This document shows positions 12,435 through 25,233 of a stretch of 64,000 bases of DNA, in pieces. A model generated the notes under the pieces. That model saw only the letters and a program-made list of their open reading frames with translations. It was not told the DNA's origin and made no database searches. This DNA comes from Pseudovirgaria hyperparasitica. Taxonomy: Eukaryota. The DNA lies in assembly GCA_010093815.1 (NCBI GenBank), contig ML996566.1; one strand, written 5' to 3'. The translations under genes were made by a program, and so were the position numbers. The stretch's first letter is position 1; every line of letters starts with the position of its first letter.

Positions 12435-14008
12435 ATGGAGTTTCTGGTGCGTCTCGTGCAGGTACACGAAGCCTTTCGCGAGGCCGAGCTTCGCGCTCTT
12501 GCCGAGCTTACTGGCATTCATCTTGAAATACTAGAATACAGAGCAGACGTAGGTTGGTCGTGACGGCTTCAAAGCCAATGGATATGCTAATTCATGCTAG
12601 AGTCCCTTTTGCGTTGTTCGTCTTGACTCAGTCTCATCGGCAAGGGCTCTGATTTCTCGTGCCATCATAGCTCATGGCATATACGAGCTTTGGGGACACG
12701 GCAAAAATTACGAGTCTTTACACGAGGATGTCAAATCTCGCTCTGCCCATTTCTGGAAATTGTACGAAACGGTCTCTTTCAGATTTAAAGTTGAATCATA
12801 CCAAGGGAAACGTAGCTCAAGCGAGCATCGCCAGATCATTAATTCCTTTGAATATGTGGGCTTCAAAGGTCCCATTATGATGACAGGCGCAGATCAGAGT
12901 TTCATGGTTTTCGAGGAATATAACCTCACTGAATCTAAGCCCAAGAATTTGTGGTTTGGTAGACTTGTAGGCAAAAGTGATCGAGAGGCTATCACAAAGT
13001 ATGATTTGAAGAAACGAAACTATATATCGACGACATCTATGGACGCTGAATTGGCGCTCGTCACCGCAAATCTGGCTCTAGCAGCTCCTGGGAAGATTTT
13101 CTTTGATCCGTTCATGGGTACGGGCGGATTTCCTGTTGCATGTGCACACTACGGCGCACACGTTTTAGGAAGCGATATCGATGGTCGTTCAATTCGTGGG
13201 AAAGGGGGAAAGCAATCTGTACTTGGGAACTTCCAGCAGTATCACCTCACCTCATATTACGTGGATGGCTGGACCAGTGATTTGACCAACACTCCGCTCC
13301 GCGTTAGGACTGGTCAATCAGGGCGACGCGGAACCTTGGACGGCATAGTTTGTGACCCGCCATATGGTGTAAGAGAGGGCCTGAAAGTTCTCGGAAGAAG
13401 GGACGGTCGTGAAAATGATGGGCCCGTCGTTGTGGACGGAGAGCTAGCCCATAAGTAAGATTTTACGTGCCATTCGTGTCTTGGCTCGACTAACGTGTCC
13501 ATAGTCGTGATGGTTTTATTTTTCCTAAACGACCGTATAGCTTCGATGCAATGTTGGAAGATATTTGCGATTTCGCGGCATTAATGCTCGTTGATGGAGG
13601 TCGACTGTCGATGTGGATGCCGACAGCAAATGAGGATGACAAGCATCTTTCCATACCATCCCACCCTTGTCTATTCCTAGTCAGCGAGTGCATACAACCG
13701 TTCAATAGGTGTAAGTCAAGTGTTTCACTGATATGATCTGCAAACTGATGCTCTTCAAGGGTCCAGGAGACTACTCACGTATCAGCGTTTGAAGGGCAGC
13801 GACACTGTAGAGTGGCAGCCCAAAGTCAGAGAGGGTCCGAATGGGCGTGCTCATGCGAGTGATCTCAACGAGTTTCGAAAAAAGGTATGTCTTCAAAATC
13901 CAAAGCTCAAGAATCTTGTTTTTAACATGTTAACCATCACAGTATTTTGAGGGTTTTCGTGAGTTTGACTACAACGGACAACCTAAACAGAAATCGAGAC
14001 GAGGATGA
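12435..14008 (+). CDS. TRM11: tRNA (guanine-10-N2)-methyltransferase catalytic subunit, 5 exons
   Basis: N-term MEFLVRLVQVHEAFREAEL. Motifs YDLKKRNYISTTSMDAEL, FDPFMGTG, GSDIDGR and IVCDPPYGVREG. Introns approx 12549-12602, 13455-13504, 13711-13759, 13885-13942. Confidence 0.93.
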
Positions 14009-15397
14009 TGATCCACCCCTAGTCACTCAATCTACCCAACTTTATCATATAGGATGACTCTGGAATGCCATAAACCCAATCAGCCATCGTAATCAGCTCA
14101 TTTGGATTTTCGTTAGCTCCTAGCGTCTAGGCCGCTCAAGTCAGTTTTGCCCACACATCTATGAGCTGAGTTCGCGTGCTCGATATAAATGACTAATCTG
14201 GAACAGCCGTACTTCTCGTAGCGTCACCATCAATTGCGGCGGGAGAACCAAAGCTCAAATAACAACGACACTAGCACCGATAGTGAATTCATCTTCGTCG
14301 TTTGCTTATCAGCATCCTTGTATAGCTTAGACTACGGCGCAAAACGCAGTCTAGTTGCAAGCAGCGCACTATAATCGGTCACTCCATGTCGATTGTCGCG
14401 ATCACAAGTCTGTCAGATGAGACCGAGGTCACAAAACCTTCCAGAAAACCTCTCTACTTTCCTGGAAGGATGTGAAGCTCTTGCTACGACCTTGACACCA
14501 GCACCTACTGGAGCATCGTTGGAGCTGGAGATCAGCAACCGATTCACAAATCCCAATACTCTAACAATTCTACTCACGAGATCGTGGATCACTGCAGGTG
14601 GTTTCATGCGAAACAAACATTGTACAGATAGCCGTTGATGTTCCTGAGCACGATGGCTTTTGCAACAATGTGCCACTTCGAAGACTATGGTCTACCGTAA
14701 CCATAACAAGTACGCAGGTCCTAGTCCCGATATGCTTATTTTGCTCCAAGTGACGGCATGAGTATAACTGTGGCTAAGGCGTGCAGCTGTAAGGCGTGTA
14801 CAACTTTTCAAGCTCCTACAGAGTGACTATGGTTACTGGATGATCCTGATATTCCTACGGGATGATTCTATCTATTGACCCTAAGAGGATTCAGGTGTCT
14901 AGTGTGTCTTCAGGTTAATGTCAGGCGAGCAGTATTGTCGACCTAAGGCCAGCGATTATCCAAAGCAAGGTTCTCAAGCTTTAACGACTTCACAAAGAGC
15001 CAGATACTGGGCAATACATAAGATATAATGTTCTCACTGACAAGCACGACTAATCAGCAGGGTCGTGCCTCTACTTCTACGACATTGCACCTCCCTAAAA
15101 ACTAGAGCGGGTTATACACCTACTCACTGTAGAAGGTTTGCACTTGGTGGGAAAGAGCTTCCTAGCCCATGGTAATGAACCCTCTGTAGCACAATGCGGT
15201 CTTCTAGCTCATCGTCTTCATAATGAACCTTAACATATTCTACATCAATATTCGGCTTCTTCAGCTCCGGCAACTCTCTTTCTTTTACAAACTACCTGAA
15301 ACATCTTATAAGACATATTGAAACCCCGCCAATTTGCATTCTGCCACGCCCCCCTTCGCTCTTAGTCGGTTCGACATTCACTTCTGCCTCACCAGTC

Positions 15398-16945
15398 ATG
15401 AGGGCCTCTCAATCTAAGGATTCCGAAGGACATTCGAGGCCAGATGGGCATCAATTGTATGACCGTCCGATGTCGCAAGGGGCTCATGATAACGACACAT
15501 CGACTTCAGACAACATAGACGTTACCGCCCGTGCGCGGGAAGAGGCGACTTGTCACCGTGATGGGATCTGCGAAGGCAAGAAAGCTGCTGAGGAATATCA
15601 TACTGCTCTAAGATATACAAGCGGACAAGCATCGACCACCTCTGACGCTGGACCTTCGAATATCTTCGAAAGTATCATTGAGCATGGCCCGAATATTCTT
15701 GAAGATGATAAGGGTGGAGTTGAAAGCGAGCATGAGACAATCGATGCTGAGACATTTACGAGGTCTAATACATTCACACCCAGATACGGAGAGCAGCCGT
15801 TGGATAGTATTCAATCAAATACTAGAAAGCGGACGAGACAAAGTCCACATGTGGGCCGATATTACCATCGGAAGCCCCTTGAACAGGACGCGCATATCGA
15901 TTCGTACTTTTCTACCTTTCCTGGTATGACTTCTCCAGGCTCAGTTTCAGCCGATGTCGCACTTGTGAGAAACATTCCTCGCATGCAAGGCGCAGGAGCA
16001 GGCATGATGGCAGTGAAATGCATCGCAACCGGAACACGGATCATGACAGAGGCCCCGGTTTTCACATACGGCATACCTCCAACCGGACTGACGAAGAGCA
16101 ACCAGTCGATATGGATAGATAGATTTGAACATGAGCTTACGAGCGAGTGGAAATTGTTTTCTCACTTATACAATGCTTTTCCAAACATGGGTAGGAAGTA
16201 TGGGACTTTTCATACCAACTCCCTGCCCCTAGGCACGAAGTCCGATGATCCTTGGGGTATGTTTCCTGCCTTCGCACGTCTCAACCACAGCTGCCAAGCC
16301 AATGCTTTCCAATATTGGAACACGGAGCGGCAAGTATACACCCTTCACGCAGTCCGTGACATCGATGCGGGTGAAGAGATAACGATTAGCTATGATAATG
16401 CTCTCAAAATCCGCCAAGACCGGCGAAGAAGATTATGGGGCGCGGCAAGATTCCAGTGCACTTGTCCAAAATGCGATACCCACCCTGATGAGTTCTCGTT
16501 GAGCGATGAGCAGATCATTTCTATCAATACTATCTTCGAAACAGTCATGCGTCATCTGGATGGTCTTCCCAGTCCCCCTTCGGGAGAGATGAGTAAGTAT
16601 TACACATCTGCGGAGTGCCTTCGACTTCTCTTCATAGCCCATGAAATCATTGCAAAGGAGGGACTCGATGGCCTTCCCCTCTTGAAGGCTTCTGAACTCT
16701 CAATGCTTGTGGCAAGAAAAAGCAAGGACCCTGCCAGGACCAGAAAGTTCGCGGAGCGACAAGCAACCATATGGCTGATCCTGACGGGCGACGATAGCAG
16801 CGACTTCAAACTTTACAAGTCAATTGCCAAGAATCCAAGGAAGCACTTCAAGTTCGGGCTGCGCGGCTTTTTCAAAAGCAGTCGGCCTCCGCCGAATATC
16901 AAAAGTAGTCAATCGGATAGGTGGTTGTTTCGAAAGCTGGGTTGA
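15398..16945 (+). CDS. SET-domain lysine methyltransferase (SMYD/Set5-like) with low-complexity N-terminus
   Basis: 515-aa single ORF. GAGMMAVKCIATGTRIMTE, ARLNHSCQAN, HAVRDIDAGEEITISY and post-SET FQCTCPKC. Confidence 0.88.
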   Translation: MRASQSKDSEGHSRPDGHQLYDRPMSQGAHDNDTSTSDNIDVTARAREEATCHRDGICEGKKAAEEYHTALRYTSGQASTTSDAGPSNIFESIIEHGPNILEDDKGGVESEHETIDAETFTRSNTFTPRYGEQPLDSIQSNTRKRTRQSPHVGRYYHRKPLEQDAHIDSYFSTFPGMTSPGSVSADVALVRNIPRMQGAGAGMMAVKCIATGTRIMTEAPVFTYGIPPTGLTKSNQSIWIDRFEHELTSEWKLFSHLYNAFPNMGRKYGTFHTNSLPLGTKSDDPWGMFPAFARLNHSCQANAFQYWNTERQVYTLHAVRDIDAGEEITISYDNALKIRQDRRRRLWGAARFQCTCPKCDTHPDEFSLSDEQIISINTIFETVMRHLDGLPSPPSGEMSKYYTSAECLRLLFIAHEIIAKEGLDGLPLLKASELSMLVARKSKDPARTRKFAERQATIWLILTGDDSSDFKLYKSIAKNPRKHFKFGLRGFFKSSRPPPNIKSSQSDRWLFRKLG

Positions 16946-17723
16946 TTGGACTGTGCACGGGCGTCCACATTCGCTGCATATTCATGGATAGGCATTTGCC
17001 AGAGGCATGACATTCTTATATCTTGCATCGACGCGCTGTCTTGCTACCTCGTGCCTAAATGGTCTTTCTTTATAGTGCCCTCAAAAATTGCAACTAATGA
17101 TATCTGTGTGTGAAACATATGTTGAAGACGAGCCAGAACAAGAAGTTCCGTAGTCGTAAAGACTGTGATTGAGCACGAACTATGCAGCCTGCCGTCAGCT
17201 GTCACCTCACCGCCTGGTCACAAGTCCTGGCAAGCGCCCATTTGCAGCCTTACATTGTAGAGGCATTGTAACGAATAAAGAGCCGCCTGACAATGCAGGA
17301 ATAGTAGTAGCTGGTGTCCGACATAGGTAACTTTAGAGCGACTTGACGTGATGACAAGGTAAGCAGAGTGACAGTGTAGAGTATCGTGTTCTTACACTCG
17401 GCATCGAATGAACACCCAAGAGGCTATCGGAGCACTCTATCATTATTGATCAGCCGTCCAATTACAGAGTTCAGCCAAGCTATTGACCCCTCCCAAACCC
17501 AAAACGGACAAGTCACATACCGACCTGGTGGTTGGTGTTGTGACTTGGAATGGAATATTCCTCGGTCTGATTCGTTCCACAATAAGACCGAGATACACTG
17601 TGCCGCAAACCTGGTCGAATTTTCTCTATCCTACTTTTCTTGCCTCTTGCGCCTCCGAGGGAGATCCAGTCAGGTAAGGGACATCCATGGTCATCTTTGC
17701 TTACGAGCATCGCGAACACCAAA

Positions 17724-19475
17724 ATGACTGAGAAGGGAGGCTATGAAGAGGCCACAACTCCAGAACCAGCCAATCTCGTCGACGACATGGAGGACGGCAG
17801 CCAGGGCTCGCTCCGCGGCTTTACCCATTCCACATCACAGGACTTGCTAGACATGAAGCGTATGGGAAAAGCTCAACAGCTCATTGTGAGAGCCTCGCCT
17901 CCCGCTGCATCTGCCCCATACTCATATCTTACAGCGTTATTTTCGCACCATCTCAGCCGTGGCATTCGTCAGCCTGGCGACAGTCTCATGGGAACTGAAT
18001 ATCTTGTAGGTTTTCGAGGGTAGTTCAACTTTTCTTGGCTTACCGTGTGCAGCTTCGTCAATCAAGGCTTACGAGATGGAGGGCGTGCTGGTCTTATGTA
18101 CTCACAAATCTGGTGCTTCGTGCTCTTCGGTCCCGTATATCTTTCGCTGGCGGAAATGGCTTCTATGGCCCCCATAGCCGGTAGCCAGTATCATTGGGTC
18201 TCTGAATTCGCTCCTGCTGGTATACAGAAGCCATTGAGCTACATCACCGGCTGGACGTCTACTCTAGCCTGGCAGGCTGGGAATACGGTTGGTGTGTTCC
18301 TCGTTGGTACGCTCATTCAGACTATCATTGCGCTGAATGACCTCGACTATGCACCACAGCCTTATCAGAGCTCGCTGCTCGTCTGGGCAGCCATTGTGAT
18401 CACATATCTCGGAAGTGTGTATGGCATGAGGTGGATGTCAAAGTCATCCATTATTATTTTCGTGCTTCACTTCGCACTTTACCCCTGTTTTCTAGTGCCA
18501 GTGTGGCTTAAAGCACCAAAAGCTACGTCACACCAGGTATGGCTCGAATTCTCCAATCTCGGAGGATGGCAGAACATGACATTGGCTATATTTATCGGTC
18601 AGCTCTCGAGCATTACTGTTCTGGCAGGTATAGACAACGTTGTGCATGTGGCGGAGGAGGTTCAAGGTAATCGTCCATGGTCACCCAATGCGAAGAAGTT
18701 TACTAATGTGCATCTAGATGCATCCAAAACAGTCCCCCGCGCCATGCTCATCACATACCTAGTGAACTGGCTTACCGGCTTCCCAGCGCTCATCACCCTT
18801 GTTTATGCTCTCCCGGACCTCGATACAGCCCTGCTTGACCCCTCCGGATACCCCTTGGTCTTTGTCCTGAGACAGATCATGTCTACCCCAGTCCTGACCG
18901 CCTTCCTCGTTGCCATGGTCTTAATCTTCACCTGCAGCAACATTACATATCTCGTCGGCACGACTCGTGACCTCTTCGCCTTTGCCCGTGACAACGGCTT
19001 GCCCTTTTCCGCGTGGCTCTCTCACGTAAACAAGAACAACCACGTACCTGAACACGCCGTGCGCGCCTCTTCCGTCTTCGCTGTGCTCCTATCACTGATC
19101 TACATTGGCTCACCCGTCGCTTTCTACGCTATCACATCCCTATTCACCGTCGCCATCTTCCAATGCTACATCTTCTCCATCGGCTGCGTGCTGTACCGTC
19201 GTATCTATCTCCCAGGCACACTGCCGCCCGCCAGATTTTCGCTTGGAAAATGGGGCGTACCGACCAATTGCGTGGCGCTGTTCTTCTCAACTTGGGCGTT
19301 CTTTTGGGCGTTCTGGCCACAGACAACGCCGTTCGAGGCCAGTGCATTCAACTGGGCGAGTGTGATCTTCGTGGCGGTCGTGTTGTTGGCCAGTGTGTGG
19401 TATGTCTTCAAAGGGAGGCATCAATATAACGGACCGGTAACGGAGGTAAAGCGCTTAGGGCCCGAGCAGGAGTGA
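17724..19475 (+). CDS. APC-superfamily amino acid/GABA/choline permease (ACT family), 4 exons
   Basis: Motifs SLAEMASMAPIAGSQYHWVSEFAP, HVAEEV, RDLFAFARDNGLPFS and FSLGKWG; about 12 TM. Introns near 17886, 18006 and 18667-18717. Confidence 0.92.
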
Positions 19476-20775
19476 CTGGGTTGCAAGACATATCGAACGT
19501 GGAGGTCCTACTCTTGGACCTGCGTTTTCACATGGCTGGTCTGCATATTGAGGTCGGCGCCTGACCATTGCGCTCTTTTCGGCACACCACTTTCCGACAA
19601 CATACATAAGCCTTTCTACGTAGCGCACTCTCGAATCCTTGTATCTTCCGTCATCTATAGAGCCTCGTCATACCATTCCTGTACAGCCTGATCCTGTGGC
19701 TTGTAAGATACCTTGTGCATACGGGATACGTTGACCGTATTCCGCACGGGCGTGTGGTTGAAAATGTTTTCACGTTATAGATCACTAGAAATGCATTCAG
19801 ACGATCAAAAAATATACAGTGATATCTATTCTGTCAGTATCATTTCGCTTGTGGTGCATGTCTTACGTTTTGTCATCCACGCGTAGACGGACGTATACCA
19901 GGGCATATCTAGTGTTGATCATGACAGGTTGTTCTTCTTGATACTCCTGACGTAACTTTTTCGGAATTTTCACTACCATGCCTTTCGTTGTGGTTGAGAT
20001 TGTGCTTGTGGGATAAAAATTTCTACAGAACGTCTGTGGCTGTGAGCTAGTTTCTCGTGAGACTTGAAGAATTTTCTTTGCAGCAGTATTCTAGAAGTAT
20101 GACGTTCTGGTGGCTATTGTCACTAAAGAGGTAGAAGTGTTTGTGATGCGTAAGATAGCGAGAAGGTGAGCAAAAGGGGTTTGCGTGGAATAGTGTGTGG
20201 TGCTGTTTGGTATATTCTCAGCTGTGTCCTTTTGCGGTAGCTATTTGGTGTATATTTTGAAAAGAACTTAATTGTACCATCTATTCTATCTCGACATGCG
20301 TATGACCCGGTTGCAGCTCGGACTTGGTCCTTGTCGAGCTGGCGTGTGGACTTCTTCTAGACGCGCATATCCTATAACAGACTTCTCACTCTGGTAACCT
20401 GGGCATCTATGTAATGCCTCATCGAAGCAGGTCGACAATTTTGCAAATAAATCTTTCATCCGCTAGAAGTAGAATGATATATAATGTCGATATAAGTTCA
20501 AGGCAGGTCCCTTCATTGGTCAGTCTGACGAAAATTGAGAGACTCATATGTCGAATGGTGAGACCCTGATACAGCCTGCGGTCAGTCAGTAAAGAACAAG
20601 GGGCTCGGCACAAAGAACTGGACATTCGTCGGATGACTCTTACTGTCAAAGGAATAGATACCCGATGAACTTCGGGTAAGATAGGAAATACACGTACCTC
20701 TTATCGCCTTGTGTCAATGAGACTAGAAAGCATTAATTCGTGGGGATCTATTATGTAACTTTCTGCTTTATGCCT

Positions 20776-21527
20776 TCACGCCAATAACTTAGCGCCCTGA
20801 GAAGCGGCCATATATTGCCCACCACAATGTTTGACCATGACTCCCACCGATAATTGCTCTTCTTCTCCCTGCACGTGAACTGGGAAGTAAGCTAAGTGAT
20901 CAAAGCCAAGATGTGTATACAGCTGTTGTCCGAGTGGACTACTGAGAATGGTGACAGGAACTTCATGCTTATGCGCCAAATTCATCCCCCAACGGCAATG
21001 TTGAGAACCAGCACCACATCGCTGGAAGTCCGGGTGCGTTCCCAGAATACGGAGATGAATTTGTTGGTCACCATAGACATGGTCGAAATACTCAGTCTTC
21101 GCCTTTAAGGTGGCATTGTCGAATGCGTCCATCCGTTTGGGATCGGCATCTCGGCGAGGAGCGCATTTGACTGGATTGCACGTCAAACCTGGAAATATAT
21201 TGTGCAGGTCATGGTTTCACAAGACATACCAACATCCGTAAAAGTGCTGGTTTTTTCATAGTGCAGTTCCCATACAGCGAGTGCTATTGGCCGCTCATAC
21301 TCCTTGCCTTTGATCTTGACCGGTGTGGTGACAACGTTTATACAAACGCCTTTTTCCTTCAGCATAGACTCACACATCTCACGCGTGGCCTTATAGTGGT
21401 CTTCTGGATAGTCCTTGCGGCGCGGAAAGCGGTAGTCCCACTGCGGATCCGCAGGAAAGGCGGCACACATGATGGTGGCTAGATGATCGAGATCCTCATC
21501 CGTGGCAGTGCGGAGATTCAGATGCAT
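20776..21527 (-). CDS. GNAT family N-acetyltransferase, 2 exons
   Basis: AAFPADPQWDYRFP. Acetyl-CoA binding motif LGTHPDFQRCGAG. SSPLGQQLYTHLGF. Intron 21229-21189 joins the two ORF-track frames. Confidence 0.88.
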
Positions 21528-22242
21528 GCTGATGTGTTTGAGGCTAGGAACCAGAGATCCTGGAAGAGAGACTTGAACGCTGAGGGACCGCCGAATGAGC
21601 TGTATTTTACATTGAGGGTGGCGGACAGCGACGTTGACAACTCATCCATGTGTGCTCAGCTGTTTTCCTGGCATTGTAAACCATGCAATTTGTCCCATGT
21701 TCTAGACAAAGTCCCCGTTCGTTGGAAGTTTTGATGCCGTTTACCTGATCGGGACCAGCGTGAAATGCGGCGTGAAGGATGCGATACACATTGCAGGCGA
21801 GCCCGATCTATCGGGGCCGGCTAGGCGCGTTTTATTACTCACTAGCGCAGTTGAAATTAAAGCGTCCTAGAACGTATTCCATATAGCATATCTATTTAAA
21901 GTCATAGCGTAAATTACGAGTCTGGAGCATACCAGATCTTTACCACTTCACGCTTAGTATCTTTCAACTAGCGCTGGGTAGGTGCCTAACTAAGCACGAA
22001 ACGGGATGACGTGGCTATGTTAGTATATTACATGATACATAACGTGATTAGCGTCAGCGTTACCCGACTGAGTAAATCTGCCAGGGTTGTTATCGCCTAT
22101 TCCCCGTTTCCAGCACATTTCATTTGTCCATTTGCCATTCCCAACTCACACACGCACATCTTCATGACTTCTGCCCCTGAAGGACCCTTTTCGCATCCGT
22201 TGTTCATTGATCAAGCATGTGCCGTACACCCGAGACATAGCC

Positions 22243-25034
22243 ATGGCCACTTCAATGGCCATTGGAAGGCTTATCACTCCCTGGGATCAAGCCGCCTCCG
22301 AGCTGGGCCAAACCCACGATGCTCATGACATGACCGCTCTCCAACAGGACAAACGCCCGAGGAGCCAGCTGAGATATACTGCATCAACTCCATCGGATTT
22401 GCCGTCGTCGCTCCCGTGTCGACGCCTCTCAGCTGCTGCTACTGAAGCGGCCCATGCAGACGGCCATATTGCGGCTCCGGCTACGCCTTTGTCGGAGCTA
22501 CAGGCCGGTTACCAAATCCAGATCCATCACCGTTCGCCCTACGCAAAGCCTTCGCTCCACCACATCCACCATGCCGGATTCCGATATTCTGACCACACAG
22601 CATCGTCATGTGCTCATGGTTGTGCTGACCTTGAGAAATACGTTCCACAGCATGGGCCGGCAAACCATGCCACCGAGGGGTCTCCAGTAAATGCCTCCAT
22701 TAGAAACGCTAGCCTCCACTCCCGCCTTCGAGACACCACCACTTCCTTGGACGGCTATATTGATGATCCTCGCGCAAGCCATGATCATGTACGCCAAGAA
22801 GTAAATACATCATCTGCCCCAGAAGTACAAGACGCTCACGGCACACAATGCCCTTTGATAGGATACAGGGATGTATCAGATAAAGACGCACAAGACATCC
22901 GTATTCCAAGTTCAGACATATATCTTCATCAAGCGCGAACAAATGGATCTAGCACATCCGCTAATACAGGGTCGGGCCTTGCCGAGATTCACGCCATACG
23001 ACCCTTTGTCTCCACTTTTAAAGGTTCAGGGTGTGTTGGATCTCCGCAACGAGATACAGATAGCTCAACGACACATCATCATGCACAAGTCTCTGGATTT
23101 CTTAATGATGTGTCGTACAAGGGCGTGCTGCCGTCTGATAGAGCATGCCTTGTCAATACATCATCACCTTTAGATGCACGGCAGAAGCCTAGAGGTATCA
23201 AACCCGGCAAAACTTCGACCCAGGTGGAACAACTCGTCTTGAAAACCGCTATAGATGGCCAAGCCGCGATCCATGTACCTCCAAGAGATTCTCGCTCTTC
23301 TAGTGGCGCTTCGCCATTTGTATCACGAAGTCTATCTCAGTCAGCATCGGCCAATAGCACGTCAAGCCTGACACCCAGGGCAGCGACAAATAATGGCCTC
23401 GCAGTGTCCATAGTCCCCAAACGTACACACAAGAAATTTCTCTCTCCCGGCTCCGTAGGTCTCTTGCTATCTTAGTAGTGCGAACATAAACTGATCGAGT
23501 CAAGATTGTCAAGCACGAGTACATGCAGAATGATCCAGGTCAGGTTCAAGGACTAAATCTGGTGTGGGCTGCATCTGCACGACCAAGTAAGCGGCTCAGC
23601 GAGGAGCAAAAGGCACAGAGAAAGAAGAAAAAGGAGACCGGAACATGCCCCAGATGCAAGAAGCTTAAGCGGGTGGTAAATTAAACTACTGCGATTGGTC
23701 GAGATACTTTACTGACATAGCGATAGTGCGAAGAATATCGTGCCAACCTGTATCTGCCGTGTGTGTACTGCATGACTTCCAAGCCCAAAAGTATCACAGA
23801 AACCTGCCAACTTGTGGCCAATCTGCTCGAGATCAAGTTTTTTCGACTGGGACCCCCTACCGATAACTCCTCACATCCGCTCAATTTCTTTCGACACCGC
23901 TCGAACGTATTTAATGTTACGAATGATCCCTTAGCCGAAACTCTCAATATAGAGCTTACGCAAGATGTGGGCTGTTCACTCCATCTCAAGGTCTCACGCT
24001 TCGCCGCAGACCCTAATGATAAGCTTGCATATGAGGGCAACACGCGAGGTGTTCCATATCGGCTTGAGATGCCTCCATATTGCATTGGCGATATCGCTGC
24101 GGCAGAGAGAAGCATAGTACAGTACATGATACAGGCCAAAGGCAGCTACTTCCTGCAATTTCTTGACAAGTCCAATTCATTGTTGCGTATGACTTTTGAC
24201 ATCATCTGTAAAAGACCCATGACGTCCCTAGTTCATAAGGCAATGGACATCTGGGCCGCTACGAGACTGATCGAACGAACTTGGAAACTTTGTGGCACAG
24301 AGACATTTGGTATACATCCAACCAACAGAGACGATGATCCGTGGATCGGACACGTTCCTGTAACACCTATAATGGACCAGCAGCTTGATCAAGTCGTAAT
24401 TCAGAAAATATTGCGACCGCGTCGAGGTATATTGCTACGAGAGCTGAAGTTGAGAATGTATAGCGATGACTTGCGCAAGAAGAACATGTTCGATATCTAT
24501 CTTACCCTTCTCATACTTCTTAATAACGCAGAAATGCACTTGGCGGGTGAAAGAGAGTTTGCTCTGCGATACGGGTTTGGAGTAAGTACAGAGTCGAGTT
24601 CTACGCATTACGGGATCTAAAAGCGTCACTTTAGGGGAGATATGGACCTTTCGGCAAATACAGAGATGCGCAGGAGCAGTTCCATGCTGCTCGTACTATG
24701 CTGGGTCACTTCCATTATATCTGTCGCGCTAATGACATATTCGATATGACTCCAGACTACTTGTCTAAACATCTAGCTTTGACAACCATGGAGGTACAAT
24801 ACTTAGCATGGCTGAAAACCTATGTGAAGACCGAAAGTAAGATGGCTTTGATCATCTTTGGCGGCAGTACACAAAGCTAACACTAAATCTGCAGAAGTGA
24901 ATATGGCTCTCATCCGGGAGCAAGATCAATACGAGACCACGGGATACTGGTTTCATCAGATGTTCGACAAGCAATGGAAGCCTGGCACAGGTTACATCAA
25001 AGAAATCGTCGAGAAGGGTGCCGTTGTACGATGA
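22243..25034 (+). CDS. Zn-cluster-like transcription factor with internal, non-canonical Cys6 motif, about 5 exons
   Basis: Spliced motif CPRCKKLKRV|CEEYRANLYLPCVYCMTSKPKSITETC, preceded by basic KAQRKKKKE. Downstream domain with PPYCI, PVTPIMDQQLD and C-terminal YWFHQMFDKQWKP. Introns approx 23455-23504, 23676-23726, 24582-24634, 24837-24894. Start codon uncertain. Confidence 0.75.
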
Positions 25035-25233
25035 CACTACATATAGAACGACAATTTAGTCTTGTGGAATATGTGAAGGGAGTGTTGAGCTATTGAGTGA
25101 GAAACATCAAACGACCGATATACCTCGAGGCAACATATAGCACTCGCATAACTGGGTCTGCATAACATGCGTCTGTCTGGATATGACAACAACGCCGAGA
25201 TCAACCCGACCTGATCGATATGTGACAGTATCC

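Noticed and set aside
14100..15300. Short ORFs between TRM11 and the SET gene
   Set aside because: No motif, consistent splice structure or repeat could be supported.
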